A stretch of DNA of 64,000 nucleotides from Octopus vulgaris (taxonomy: Eukaryota). Under the pieces are notes generated by a model, which saw nothing but the letters and a program-made list of their open reading frames with translations, was not told the origin of the DNA and did no database searches. A program made the position numbers and the translations under genes. The stretch covers positions 16,244,001 through 16,308,000 of the forward strand of contig OX597820.1 in assembly GCA_951406725.2 (NCBI GenBank), written 5' to 3'. How positions within the stretch are numbered: position 1 is the first letter of the stretch; every line of letters starts with the position of its first letter. Shown here one piece after another: positions 24,822 through 39,859 of this stretch.

Positions 24822-24830
24822 TACATACAA

Positions 24831-24863
<33 letters not shown>

Positions 24864-25534
24864 CATACATACAAACATGCATACATACATACACACATTC
24901 ACACATACATACATACACACGCGCACACATACATACATACATACATACATACACACATACATACATACATACATACATACATGCATGCATACATACATGC
25001 ATACATACATACATACATACATACATACATACATACATACATACATACATACATACATACATACACACACACATACATACATAACAGAACACACTTGCCC
25101 AAGGTGACGCGCAGTGAGACTGAACCCTATCCTACATGGATCGTGTTAGAGCAAGCTTGTTAACCACAGAGAAATGCGAAACAACGCTTAGAATGTTCCT
25201 GTGTCCGTAGCAGCTGCTTCGATCCATATTTACGAACCGTCTGCTCTGCCAACGACGTATGAGAAGTACACTTAAGTAGATAAATGGTTCTGCTTCGTAG
25301 AGAGTAAATATTTGTAGGTAAATATTTGGGACATGAGTCAGCAGCTGTTCAAAGAGCTAAGGTAATAGAGGTCTCTGACTACAAGATCTATATTATAGAT
25401 ATATCCGAGAGCACGAGAGATCATTGATTATTTGTTTTTTTTATTTATTTTATGTTTTGTTTGTTTTTTGTCATTGGATTGCGGCCATGTTGGAGCGGGT
25501 GTCACTTTGAAGGGTTTCGTTTAAATATTTGTAT

Positions 25535-25565
<31 letters not shown>

Positions 25566-25722
25566 TTGGAAGTTTGGTACTTATTCTGTCGGTTCTCTTA
25601 TTGCCGAACCGCTGTGCTACGCGGAAGTAAACAAGCCAGCAGCGGTTGTCGAGCGGTGGTGGTGAAACAAACACAAGCGCAAGACACATACACGCAAGCA
25701 CGCACACGCGCACACACACTCA

Positions 25723-25781
<59 letters not shown>

Positions 25782-26230
25782 ACACACACACACATACACA
25801 CATACACACACATACATACACACACACATACATACATACATACATACATACATACATACATACATACATACATACATACATACATACATACATGCATACA
25901 TACATACATGCATACATACATACATACATACATACATACATACATACATGCATACATACATACATACATACATACATACATACATACATACATACATACA
26001 TACATGCATACATACATACATACATGCATACATGCATACATACATACATACATACATACATACATACATACATACATACATACATACATACATACATACA
26101 TACATACATACATGCATACATACATACATACATGCATACATACATACTACATACATACATACATACATACATACATACATACATACATACATACATACAT
26201 ACATACATACATACATACATACATACATAC
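24295..26230 (+). repeat. (CATA)n/(CA)n tracts (24295-25082 and 25720-26230, the latter inside a SINE A linker)
   Basis: Direct reading. Confidence 0.95.
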
Positions 26231-26787
26231 GACCGGATTCCACAGTTTCCGCCTATCATATTCACTCACAAGGCAATGCTTGACCCGGGCTATAGTAGAG
26301 GACGCGTGTCTGTCAGTGATTGGATGCCAATTAGCCGAGTGGCCTTCTTTGGGTGCGATCCAGGATACCAGTATGTACAGCGGCAGCATTGCCTCAGATG
26401 TAGGAGCAGTACACCATTGCAGGCCCCTCCTATGTGCTTTGGAGAGTGTCTGTTACTGTAACATGTGCAGAACCCTCGCTTAACGAAGCTGACAATATTC
26501 ATATAATTTGACCATTTGTAGACTCAACGCTTGTAAGAAAATCGTGACTCAGAAGGGGATTCTAGATGCTCTGAGACGGAAAGGCTGGGTTAAGGGATTA
26601 CTGTGTTAATTATGATGGCCATGCGAAGTACTGGGGATGAGAGGAGGAGAGATGATTGTAATAAAGGGGACTGGGTGGCTGTGGTATGAAACTAATTAGT
26701 ATAGAGCAATGATTCTCAGCCAGGGTCCATATGGCCCTTGATGGTCCATATAAGACGGTGTTGGTAAAATTTGTATGCAATAACCAG

Positions 26788-27182
26788 GTTGAGTGACTGT
26801 GTGGTAAGTAGCTTGTTTACCAACCACATGGTTCCGGGTTCAGTCCCACTGCGTGGCACCTTGGGCAAGTGTCTTCTACTATAGCCTCGGGCCAACCTAA
26901 GCCTCGTGAGTGGATTTGGTAGACGAAAACTGAAAGAAGCCCGTCGTATATATGTATATATACGTGTGTGTGTCTATATGTTTGTGTGTCTGTGTTTGAC
27001 CCCCTAACATCACTTGACAACCGATGCTGGTGTGTTTACGTCCCCGTAACTTAGCGGTTCGCAAAAGAGACCGATAGAATAAGTACCAGGCTTACAAAGA
27101 ATAGGTCCTGAGGTCGGTTTGCTCGACTAAAGGCGATACACCAGCATGGCCGCAGTCAAATGACTGAAACAAATAAAAGAGT
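26788..27182 (+). mobile_element. SINE family A
   Basis: Matches other copies end to end. Confidence 0.9.
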
Positions 27183-27317
27183 TAAGGGTAACATACAAAA
27201 TATTTAATCATTGTTTATACAATACCTAATAATATTTTATCATGAAAATATTACAGGAGATTTTAGACATCGAACGGCTATGAGGGACCCCCACAAACCC
27301 ACCAAGTAAAATGTCTA

Positions 27318-27538
27318 TACGAGGGGTGCTACAAAGTTCTTGCTTTAAGGGTGTCGCGAAAGGCCTGGCTGGAGGTCCAACCTTCCTTGTCCTTTCACGG
27401 GGCTTAGAATAACTGAAGGACCGCTGGAATGAAGTATGAATCTGAGAGGGGATTATATGTTCAGTAAAACCATAATTAACTGATCCTTCTGTATTTTGTT
27501 TAACCTCAAGCCAGGAATATTTCAGCACACCCCTCGTA
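27318..27538. mobile_element. Mariner-derived MITE
   Basis: TA-cgaggggtgct...agcacacccctcg-TA terminal inverted repeats. Confidence 0.75.
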
Positions 27539-27700
27539 GTGGCTGTGTGGTAAGTAGCTTGTTTACCAACCACATGGTTCCGGGTTCAGTCCCACTGCGT
27601 GGCACCTTGGTGTCTTCTACTATAGCCTCGGGTCGACCAAAGCCTTGTGAGTGGATTTTGTAGGCAGAAACTGAAAGAAGCCCGTCGTATATATGTATAT

Positions 27701-28065
27701 GTGCCGTGAGTTTCCAGCTGAATTGGTGCGCCTGTTTCCTGCAGAAGATCAGTGTGGAATCCAAACATCTGAAGAAATCCGCCAAAGAAATAGGTACAGT
27801 AGCTGAAACTAGCTCAAGATGGCTATGATTGATAAGATATCGAAAAAGAACTCTTCTGCATAGAGGAGACTGACAAAGTTTTCACTGTCCCAACTCAAGT
27901 AAAGCGTGCAGGCTAAAGGTCGAAACGGCTCTAACTCTACGACACCTGCTAAAGACACGAAAGCGCTTCGAACATTGCAGAAGCTGATTCAGAACAGCTT
28001 CTCAAACGTCTGAGTGGCTCCTGCAGTTTCTGCATGGGGCAAAACATCTCCGATGTTTGCTTAAC
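27701..28065 (+). pseudogene. 3' end of a HERO-like RLE non-LTR retrotransposon, following a SINE A 5' half (27540-27700)
   Basis: CREFPA...LQKISVESKHLKKSAKEIGTVAETSSRWL*LIR resembles the GCRGF...AE.AS.WLW.R C-terminus. Confidence 0.6.
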
Positions 28066-28384
28066 CTGGGGTTGCTCACTTGTAAAGTCAGCGAAGTTTT
28101 GATTATAAGTTCTAGAATAGAGAGGTAAGGAGAAGATAGATAAGTAAGCGAAAGAGGTAGAAGAGAGAGGAGTAGAATGAGAGCGGGAGAGAGGGAGTGT
28201 GGCCATGTGTCGGTGTCTGTGAACGGGGGAGGGGAGTACATAGTGAGTTGACATATTTCATGGGTGTATAGACAATCACTCATATCGATTTAATCGATTG
28301 TATCTTAGCAGACACTTAGCAGGCATTGGTCCAGTGTCAAGACAAATTGAATCTATCAATCAATTCTCTCACTCACCCTCACAC

Positions 28385-28497
<113 letters not shown>

Positions 28498-28916
28498 TAG
28501 GTGTATAAATATAAACAAACAAATATTTTTATTATTAGAAGCGTCAAAATGTGCATTGTATGATACAAATAAGATGATGTTGTTTCCTTGTAAGCGTAAT
28601 TTAGCCAGGATTTCTACTCTTCTAACAGCATCTCTGCGGCTCGAAAAACTATCATCTTCTTATTTGTATCATATATATATATATATGACGATTTTACGAT
28701 GGCGACTTTTCCGGATCTGCCGTATAAGCTTGTACACTCGAGGGAGCGGCAAACTCAAGGGCAGCCCCAAATGGCACACACTATGCCTACGCTATTGACC
28801 TATTGTAAGAAGAAAACTGATGGTAAACTTTTTCTTTTCTTTTTTCTTTGTCAATAGTAAACGTAATTCTGTCAGTTTCTACATTTTGGGAGCGTATAAT
28901 CTCTTCGTAGAGGAAA

Positions 28917-29227
28917 TATTTCTTTACTGCTCACAAGGAGCTAAACATAGAGGGGACAATTTGAACTCAGAACGTAACGACAGACGAAATGCCTATTTCT
29001 TTACTGCCCACAAGGGGCTAAACACAAACTAGACAAACAAGGACGGACAAACGGATTAAGTCGATTATATCGACCCCAGTGCGTAACTGGTACTTATTTA
29101 ATCGACCCCGAAAGGATGAAAGGCAAAGTCGACCTCGTCGGAATTCGAACTCAGAACATAACAGCAGACGAAATACCGCTAAGCATTTCGCCCGGCGTGC
29201 TAACGATTCTACCAGCTCGTCGCCCTT
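28917..29227 (-). mobile_element. SINE family B with a deleted second unit
   Basis: Junction gacgaaatgc|ctatttc at 28992/28993. Confidence 0.85.
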
Positions 29228-29940
29228 CGTGGAGGAAATAAAACCAACACTATTTGATATGTGAGAGATAACACGTTAGAATATACGTAATCAGTATAAC
29301 CAAACCTGGAACCTTCTTTCACTTTCTCTTTGTAACATCTTCGCTCTACGCTATGGAAGAGCTTCAGGTAAGTAGCATAGCTAGTAAAGATCGAGGGGCG
29401 GTCCGCGCAGGGTGACGCTTTTATGTGGTGGAACATTCGGGTCTGCCGTATAACGTTGTACAGGCTTAAGAACCCTTGGGCGACACACACTCTAGCTACA
29501 TCCCAGCTTCAGGTAGACAAAATGTTGTATAAGCCAATATCATTTTGACTCCCGATAAATCATAAAGTTTATGCGTACAGGCTTTCAGGTCCAGGACGGA
29601 GCGATGCATTGAATCCTTGGGCAAGATATTTCTTTTTACATTGCTTCAGCTCTTGCCTTCTTTCTAGCTATTACATCCTGGGTATTCTGCTGGTTTAGGT
29701 TTGACAGGGCTAAGAGGGTGTCAATGTCAGCTCGCGACCATAGAAGCACCTAAAAGAACCTGTGAAAGCTGATACTGTCTACCAAGCCATAATTTTTTGA
29801 GAGAGACGGTTGTAATAACTTTGCTTCATGGTCTGCATAAAACGAAATTTCAAATATTCCAGAGTAGGACTTTAAGAAACATCCATCCATCCATCCCATA
29901 AAACCCATACGTAAATACACATACATACACCATACACACC

Positions 29941-30262
29941 GGTACTCCGTCGGTTACGACGACGAGGGATCCAATTGATCCAATCAACGGAACAGCCTGC
30001 TCGTGAAATTAATGTGCAAGTGGCTGAGAACTCCACAGACACGTGTACCCTTAACGTAGTTCTCAGGGAGATTCAGCATGACACAGAATGGGATAATGCT
30101 GGTCCTTTGAATTACAGGTACAGCTCATTTTTGCTATCCGAGAGGACTGGAGCAACGTGAAATAAAGCGTCTTGCCCAAGGACACGAACCATCACCGGGA
30201 ATCGAACTCACGACGTTACGATCGTGATCCGAATACCCTAACCACTAAACCACGCGTCTTCA
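29941..30262 (-). mobile_element. SINE family C
   Basis: Aligns to 23968-24293. Confidence 0.88.
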
Positions 30263-30263
30263 C

Positions 30264-32781
30264 TACATACATACACAAATACATACATACATTCATGCAT
30301 GCATGCATGCATACATACATACATACGTACGTACATGCATACATACACACATACATACATACATACACACATGCATGCATACATGCATACATACACTCAT
30401 ACATACACTCATACATACATACATACATACATACATACATACATACATAAATACATAAATACATACATACATACATACATACACACATACATACATACAT
30501 ACATACATACATACATACATACATACATACATACATACATACATAAATACATAAATACATACATACATACATACATACATACATACATACATACATACAT
30601 ACATACATACATACATACATACATACATACATACATACATACATACATAAATACATAAATACATACATACATACATACATACATACATAAATACATAAAT
30701 ACATACATACATACATACATACATACATACACACATACATACACACACACATACATACATACATACATACATACATACATACATACATACATACATACGT
30801 ACGTACATACATACATACATACATACATACATACATACATAAATACATAAATACATACATACATACATACATACATACATACATACATACATACATACAT
30901 ACATACATACATACATACATACATACATACATACATACATACATACATACATACATACATACATACATACATACATACATACATACATACATACATACGT
31001 ACGTACATACACACATACATACATACATACATACATACATACATACATACATACATACATACATACATACATACATACATACATACATACCTACACACAC
31101 ATACATACATACATACATACATACATACATACATACATACATACATACATACATACATACATACATACATACATACACACATACATACATACATACATAC
31201 ATACATACATACATACATACATACATACATACATACATACATACATACATACATACATACATACATACATACATACATACATACATACATACACACATAC
31301 ATACATACATACCATACATACATACATACATACATACATACATACATACATACATACATACATACATACATACATGCATACATACTTTCCATACATACAT
31401 ACATAAAGACATACGTACATACATTAGATTTAAATACATACAAAGCTTGTACATACATTTGCCATTCTCTCGGTCGCCATATCAGGTTCCAATGGCAAGC
31501 CTTGGAAGATACATTGGTACTGTTTTAACAGCAGATTTTATATTAGATACATACATACATACATACATACATACATACATACATTCATGCATACATACAT
31601 AACTACATACATACTACTACATACATACATACATACATACATACATTCATGCATACATACATACCTACCTCACATACATACATACATACATACATACTAA
31701 CATAACATACATACATACATACATACGCATACATACATACATACATACACACATACATCCGGGTTCATCCCACATACATACATACATACATACATACATA
31801 CCTCGGGTCGACCAAAGCCTTGTGAGTTGATTTGGTAGACGGAAACTGCAAGAAGCCCGTCGTATATATGTATATATATGTATGTGTGTATATGTTTGTG
31901 TGTCTGTGCTTGTCCCCCCACCATTGCTTGACAACCGATGCTGGTATGTTTACGTCCCCGTAACCTAGCGGTTCGGCAAAAAGAGACCATAAATACATAC
32001 ATACATACAGATACATACATACATACATACATACATACCTACCTACATACATACATACATACATACATACATACAGATACATACATACATACATACATAC
32101 ATACCTACATACATACATACATACATACACACATACATACATACATACCTACCTACATACATACATACATACATACATACATACATACATACATACATAC
32201 ATACATACGTACGTACATGCATACATACACTCATACATACATACATAAATACATAAATACATACATACATACAGATACATACATACATACATACATACAT
32301 ACCTACCTACATACATACATACATACATACATACATACATACACACACACATACATACATACATACATACATACATACATACATACATACATACATACAT
32401 ACATACATACATACATACATACATTCATGCATACATACATACCTACCTACATACATACCTACATACATACATACATACATACATACATACATTCATGCAT
32501 ACATACATACCTACCTACATACATACATACATACATACATACACACATACATACATACATACATACATACACACATACATACATACATACATACATACTA
32601 CATACATACATACATACATACATACATACATACATACATACATACATACATACATACATACATACATTCATGCATACATACATACCTACCTACATACATA
32701 CATACATACATACATACATACACACATACATACATACATACATACATACATACATACATACATACATACATACATACATAC
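30264..32781 (+). repeat. ~2.5 kb (CATA)n region containing a SINE A fragment (31801-31990)
   Basis: Direct reading. Confidence 0.95.
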
Positions 32782-33237
32782 AACAACAATTGTTTTTTAA
32801 ATTCCTGTGATGTTAGTCGATAATCTAAAGACACTCAAAGCTCGCCAAAAGCAGACGATAAAAAACGAAAGCAAATCACCCACTTCAACGCCGCACCAAT
32901 CTCTCATATTTCTAGGTATAAAAAAGATCTGACGGAGATGACTGCAAAATAATAGCTTAAAACAATTTTAAATTGTCGTTTGAATATAATTTTTTTCAGT
33001 TTCTTTCAGCTATCTTTGAAACAACAGATTGTTTTTCACGAAAGTCGCGAGGGAAAAAAACGAACTACTATCATGGTAAATGTCATTGAGCATATTGCCG
33101 GAAACTATAAGAAAATATATGATTGACACATATTGGTCAATCAATACCAGTTTATATGTACTCAGCTGCTGTCGCTCCAAAAGAATATGTCGGAGTACCT
33201 TAATGAAATAACTCGATGCAAATTGTCTAATTATTTT

Positions 33238-33468
33238 TTTTCTTTACTACTCACAAAGGGCTAAACATAGAGGGGACAAACAAGGACAGACAAAGGGATC
33301 AAGTCGATTACATCGACCCCCAGTGCGAAAGTGGTACTTTATTTATCGACTCCGAAAGGATGAAAGGCAAAGTCGACCTCGGCGGAATTTGAACTCCGAA
33401 CGTAGCGACAGACGAAATACCGATAAGCATTTCTTCCGGCGTGCTAACGTTTCTACCAGCTCGCCGCC
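33238..33468 (-). mobile_element. SINE family B monomer with probable TSD
   Basis: attgtctaattattttttt present on both sides (33222 and 33472). Confidence 0.85.
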
Positions 33469-34018
33469 TATATTGTCTAATTATTTTTTTTTTATCTTTT
33501 ACTTGTTTCAGACATAGGACTACAGACATGTTGGGGCACCACCTTGAAGGGTTATAGTCAAACAACTCAACTCAAGTGTTAATTTTCAAGTTTGGTACTT
33601 ATTTTATCGATCTCTTTTTGCTGAACTACTAAAGTTACAGGGACCTAAACAAACCGACACCGGTTGTCAAGCGGTGTTGGGAGGGAGAGACTAACACATA
33701 CACGCATTATTTTTTTTTATTGTTTTACTTATTTCATTGTACTGCAGCCATGCTGGAGCACTGCCTTGAAGGGTCGAGTCATTTAAATTGATCCCAGCAC
33801 AACAAAAATTATACTAGACCTGAAAATTAAAATGGTGAACAGTTGCACAAAGGAAGACAAAAGAAGGTAGGGCTTTCTCACTCTTTTTTCTAAAAAAAAA
33901 CAAGAGACATTATATTTTTACAACCTTTCAACGAGCAGGTTAACGAAACCAATACAAGAAAAAAAACCAAAACAAGAAAAAAAAAAAAAACGAAAAACTA
34001 AAACAAGAAAAAAAACAA

Positions 34019-34435
34019 CAGGAGTGGCTGTGTGGTAAGTAGCTTGCTTACCAACTACATGGTTCTGGGTTCAGTCCCACTGCGTGTCATCTTGGGCAAG
34101 TGTCTTCTGCTATAGCCTCGGGCCTACCAATGCCTTGTGAGTGGATTTGGTAGACGGAAACTGAAAGAAGCCTGTCGTATATATGTATATATATGTATGT
34201 GTATGTATATGTTTGTGTGCCTGTGTTTGTTCCTCTAGCATTGCTTGACAACCGATGCTGGTGTGTTTACGTCCCCGTCACTTAGCGGTTCGACAAAAGA
34301 GACCGATAAAATAAATACTGGGCTTACAAAGAATAAGTCCCGGGGTCGATTTGCTCGACTAAAAGGCGGTGCTCCAGCATGGCCGCAGTCAAATGACTGA
34401 AACAAGTAAAAGAGTAAAAAGAGAGTAAAAGAGTA
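34019..34435 (+). mobile_element. SINE family A, full length
   Basis: Head and tail intact. Confidence 0.9.
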
Positions 34436-35549
34436 ACACAAAATCTCCATTAAGGCAGAAAACTCACATACATAGATACGTGAATGTATTGCCCCAATCA
34501 CATGATTCAGTGACACCTTGGCCAAGTGTCTTCTGCTAAAGGCTCCGAACCGACCAAACATTTGTGAGTGAATTTGAAAGACAAAAGCTGAAAGAAGACA
34601 AAAAAGAGTGAAAAAACTACAGAAGGCTTGTGTTATATGATTAAAGAATATATTTAAATCGTTATGTTAGAAAAATGTTATAAAATTTTGCGTATAGTAA
34701 CATAGTATTTGTAGAAATAACCGGTTTTGTATTTTCTTTTCAAATTTCTTAAATTTCTTTACCTATATCATGTCATGTCTTTGCTATGTTGTGAAATATG
34801 GAGTTCCAGGCAGGGGAAGATAATCAGGGATTTTTTCCGGTATAAGGGAGATAATCAAAAATGTTGGGAATGACTAGGCTTGATTATTTTAACATGATTT
34901 GGTTTAGAAGGAATAGAATGTTACAAGTGGTTAGGTTTTGCTTTATATTTTTTTCAATGAAGTGAGTTTCCTTATTTTAAGATGTTAGAAATTGTTAAGT
35001 TTTGCCTTATATTTTTCAATGAAGAAGATTTCCTTATTTAACTTAACTTGTGTTGGTGTTCCAATGGCACATTGAAAGAAAGGAAAGATTACAAATTGTG
35101 GTGGCATTTGCTTTGCGCATTTCTCAATATGTTCACTAAAGGGTATCAGTGTGTGTTCTGGGAATTTAATCTGGTGTCGATGCAGAGTGCATCTGCGTCT
35201 GAGTGATAATCCCGTGGACCCTATGTAGTTTCACCATAAGTCATTAATAAAACCTCGAAATACTTGGCTTCACGAGAAAAGAGCAAAACAAACTGACGCG
35301 GATTCTCCAAATCCCATCTATTTGTGGCTCAGTGAAGATTTGTGAGACATTCCAAAGACTATCTATGTGAGATTTTTATGTCAATAGACGCACACACTTC
35401 GGTGTATGCATTGACAGCTCAAACAACACGTCAACTCAACCACATTTACAAACACCGGGGTACTTTCTTAACTCAAGAAGATTTGTGGCTTTGTTAGCAA
35501 CCGGGTTGAACTTTTCTCAAGAAGAACTTTTAAACTCAAAGAAAATTCA

Positions 35550-35676
35550 TACTTACCAACCATATGGTTCCGAATTCAGTCCCACTGCATGGCATCTTGG
35601 GCGTCTTCTACTAAAGCCTCGGGTCGACCAAAGCATTGCGAGTGGATTTGGTAGATGGAAACTGAAAGAAGCCCGT

Positions 35677-35709
<33 letters not shown>

Positions 35710-35862
35710 ATGTATATGTTTGTGTGCCTGTGTTTGTCCCTCTAGCATTGCTTGACAACCGATGCTGGTGTGTTTACGTCCCCGTCACTTAGCGGTTCGG
35801 CAAGAGAGTCCGATAGAATAAGTACTAGGCTTACAGAGAATAAGTCCTGATGTCGATTTGCT
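35550..35862 (+). mobile_element. SINE family A, truncated
   Basis: Matches family sequence. Confidence 0.85.
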
Positions 35863-36312
35863 TCGGTGGTCCGTCGATCGTCGACGATGATTACGTATAT
35901 AAAGTGTCATGACTTGCAGTAAGAGTAGAGAAGGGATCTCCTTCATTGATACCTGAACTCAGCTGTTGTGTACCAGCTGCTTGTATCAATCTTCATGCTC
36001 TTCCTGTTATGTTTAGCCACATCCGTGTGTCGCAGTCAGGGTCCACCTTCATTTCTACTACCATATCTTCTAAAACACAAACAAATTTAATATATACACA
36101 CATGCACGCGCACACTTATTATGTATAAGCATGTATGCCTGTATGCACGTATATATGTATGCAGGATCGTTCGTATATATTTATATGTGCATATATGTAT
36201 CTATACGCCTATGAATGTATGCATGACGTATGTCTGTATACATCTATATTCTACATATGATTATGTGTGCGTATATACATACACACACACACATACACAT
36301 ACACGCACACAT

Positions 36313-36348
<36 letters not shown>

Positions 36349-36648
36349 GCGTGTGTATATATATATATAGTATATATAATATACATAAACACTATATATA
36401 TGTATATATGTATATATGTGTCTATATATGTATGCATTGTATATATGTGTTTGTGTATACATACATAATCATACGAACATTCACACATGCATACGTAAAT
36501 ACATATATACATACATACATGCACGCGCACACATACAAACATACACACATACAAGCATACATACATATATACATACATACACACATACATATATACATAC
36601 ATAAATACATATATACGTATAATATATATATATATATATACATACATT

Positions 36649-36722
<74 letters not shown>

Positions 36723-38061
36723 CATACATACATATATTTCAACGCTATGATACAATAAACAGTTGAAACTGAGATGAAATGAAACTGTACAGTGGTATTA
36801 AAGTCCTCCACCCCAACCACCCCATTCATATATGCTTTACAGCCTGCACCCCGACACCCCCGGGCACCTCGACTCTCCTGACACCCCCAGCAACCCCGAC
36901 ACCAGACACTCCAGTACCCGGCACCCCTGCACTCAATCTAAAATGATTCGACAACATCCTGTGAATACAACATCAAAGCATACAGTTTCGTTATCAACAC
37001 TGCAATATTTTTCAGCAGAAAAGAAGGCGGTGGGTGGCAGAAAACCGGGGTAGCGCCTCGGGTTAAGTCAGCCATTTTTCATTTTTTACTTGTTTTAGTC
37101 ATTGGACTGCGGCCATATTGTAGCACCGCCCCTGGGAGTGAATTTTCGGTCGAACACATTCCGACCCAGTACATATTTTCTTATTCTATCGGTTCTCTTT
37201 TGCGGAGACGCTAAGTTACGGTGACATAAACAAACCAACAGCTGGTGTCAAGTGGTGGGTGAAACAACAAATACACAAGCACTTCCGCATATATCTATGC
37301 GTGTGTGTGTGTGTCTGTGTGTGTGTCTGTGTGTCTGTGTGTCTGTGTGTGTGTCTTTGTAGTGAGAATTTTCAAAAAACAAAAGACGAAGACGGGTGTG
37401 TAAACAACAAACAGATGTATTAGTTTAACGCTCGGGAAGTGAGAAAGTCTTTTACATTTCGAGCCTACGCTCTTCGACAGAAAGGAACACAGAAATAAAC
37501 AGGGAGAGAAAAGAGAAAAAGGGTTAGTGGCTACGCATGTATGTATGCATAGCAAGATAACAAATAACAGGATATCGGTGTTAGTAGGAGAGGTTGGGAA
37601 AGTAAAGAAGGAGGAGGTGAAACAAATTAAATTAAAATAAATATATATATAAGATAAAATGAAGTATGTTGAGGTTTAATTTTCGCGATAGATTTAGGAA
37701 TATAAAAGCTTTAAAAGTTCAAGGATCTAAAAGATTAAAGATATTCAAAAGATTTATGGTTATGGAAGTGGACATAAGTGTCGATAGGTAGATAAATAAG
37801 TAGACAGAGAGAATGGTAGGTTGATAGATAGAAAGGTAAATAGATACGCAGATAGATAAATGGATAGATAGATAGATATTTGGAGAGAGAGAGAGAGAGA
37901 GAGACGGGGAGAGAGAGAGTTTAACCTACATGTGACGGGTGATCTGGTGAGAGCTTTGTTGCCTGGTGTTAAATTTTCTGTTGCAAGTGCTTTCCAATCA
38001 AGGATTCTTCGACAAACGTTCTTTATTTTTTTGTTCTTATTGCTGGTGCCAGTTAAAGATT

Positions 38062-38830
38062 CTTATTTCTTTACTACCCACAAGGGGCTAAACACAGAAG
38101 GGACAAACAAGGACAGACAAACGGATTAAGTCGATTACATCGACCCAGTGCGTGACTGGTACTTAATTTATCGACCCCGAAAGGATGAAAGGTAAAGTCG
38201 ACCTCGGCGGAATTTGAACTCAGAACGTAACGGCAGACGAAATACCTATTTCTTTACTAGCCACAAGGGGCTAAACATAGAGGGGACAAACAAGGACAGA
38301 CAAAGGGATTAAGTCGATTACATCGACCCAGTGCGTGACTGGTACTTAATTTATCGACCCCGAAAGAATGAAAGGTAAAGTCGACCTCGGCGGAATTTGA
38401 ACTCAGATCGTAACGGCAGACGAAATACGTATTTCTTTACTACCCACAAGGGGCTAAACACAGAGGGGACAAAGAGATTAAGTCGATTATATCGACCCAG
38501 TGCGTAACTGGTACTTAATTTATCGACCCAGAAAGGATGAAAGGCAAAGTCGACCTCGGCGGAATTTGAACTCAGAACGTAACGGCAGACGAAATACCTA
38601 TTTCTTTACTAGTCACAAGGGGCTAAACACAGAGGGGACAAACAAGGACAGGCAAAGGGATCAAGTCGATTACATTGACCCCAGTGCATAACTGGTACTT
38701 AATTTATCGACCCCGAAAGGATGAAAGGCAAAGTCGACCTCGGCGGAATTTGAACTCAGAACGTAACGGCAGACGAAATACGGCTACGCATTTCGCCCCC
38801 GGCGTGCTAACGATTCTGCCAGCTCGTCCC
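38062..38830 (-). mobile_element. SINE family B tandem tetramer (one full unit plus three headless 170-185 bp units)
   Basis: Junctions at 38245/6, 38428/9 and 38597/8. Confidence 0.9.
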
Positions 38831-39546
38831 TATTTATGCTTCCGGTGACTAATGAGGCCAATTCTTGCATGGACGTGCCTGTTGCAAAGTTCACAGTCTT
38901 TGGTTGTTGTAGGCTCCATTTTCTTTCGTGTCACATCTCTTCATCTTTCCTCTGTCGATCAGCTTCATAATGATGGTCACGGCTGGAATGTACATGATAG
39001 TAGGTCTTCTCAAACACGACTATCTTTCGGCTAAACAACGACAAAACCAAAAAAAAACAACCACACGAACTGAAAAAGACAAAAAATAGTCTACGAATAT
39101 TCTACCATAAAAAACCCAAAGCTAAAAATCATTATTTGACATGAAATGAAATAGAAAAAGATATTTTCCGGAAAACGCTCAGATGTGTTTATAAAAACGC
39201 GTATGCTTCTGATGTAGCTTTTTATATGTGCATGCGCGTGCGAGAGAGAGAGAGAGAGAGAGAGAGTGTGTGTGTGTGTGTGTCTGTGTCTGTGTCTGTG
39301 TGTGTGTAAAACAGAATATGTGTATGGACTTGGTTCCTGCTGCAAATATATATATCATATGTGTGTGCGTGTGCGCGTATGTATGTGTGTGTATGTATGC
39401 ATGTATGTATGTATGTATGTATGTATACACGCGTGTATGTCTATAGAAATTTGTTTAAAAATGAATAAATAATTGAATAAAGTAAGTGAGATATATTATA
39501 TAGTCGTGTAAACTATTGCAGCCACTTTTCTTTAATCGTATATATT

Positions 39547-39602
<56 letters not shown>

Positions 39603-39828
39603 TGTATGTGTGTGTATGTGTATGTACGTATGTGTGTACATATATATATATATGTATGTATGTGTGTGTATGTGTGTACATATATATACATATATATATA
39701 TGTGTGTGTGTGTGTGTGTACATATATATACATACAGATGTATGTATACATATACATATATATGTATGTGTGGTATACACAGACTCACTCACACACACAT
39801 AATGTGTATGGACGTACGAATGCATGTA

Positions 39829-39859
<31 letters not shown>

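Noticed and set aside
32890-32930. CCAAT plus TATAAAA promoter
   Set aside because: Short motifs common in AT-rich DNA, with no downstream exon identified.
34630-35280. Solo LTR
   Set aside because: It starts TGTTA and has AATAAA, but no clear CA end, TSD or second copy.
38062-38830. Repeat array as CRISPR
   Set aside because: Whole ~185 bp units are SINE copies, and the context is eukaryotic.
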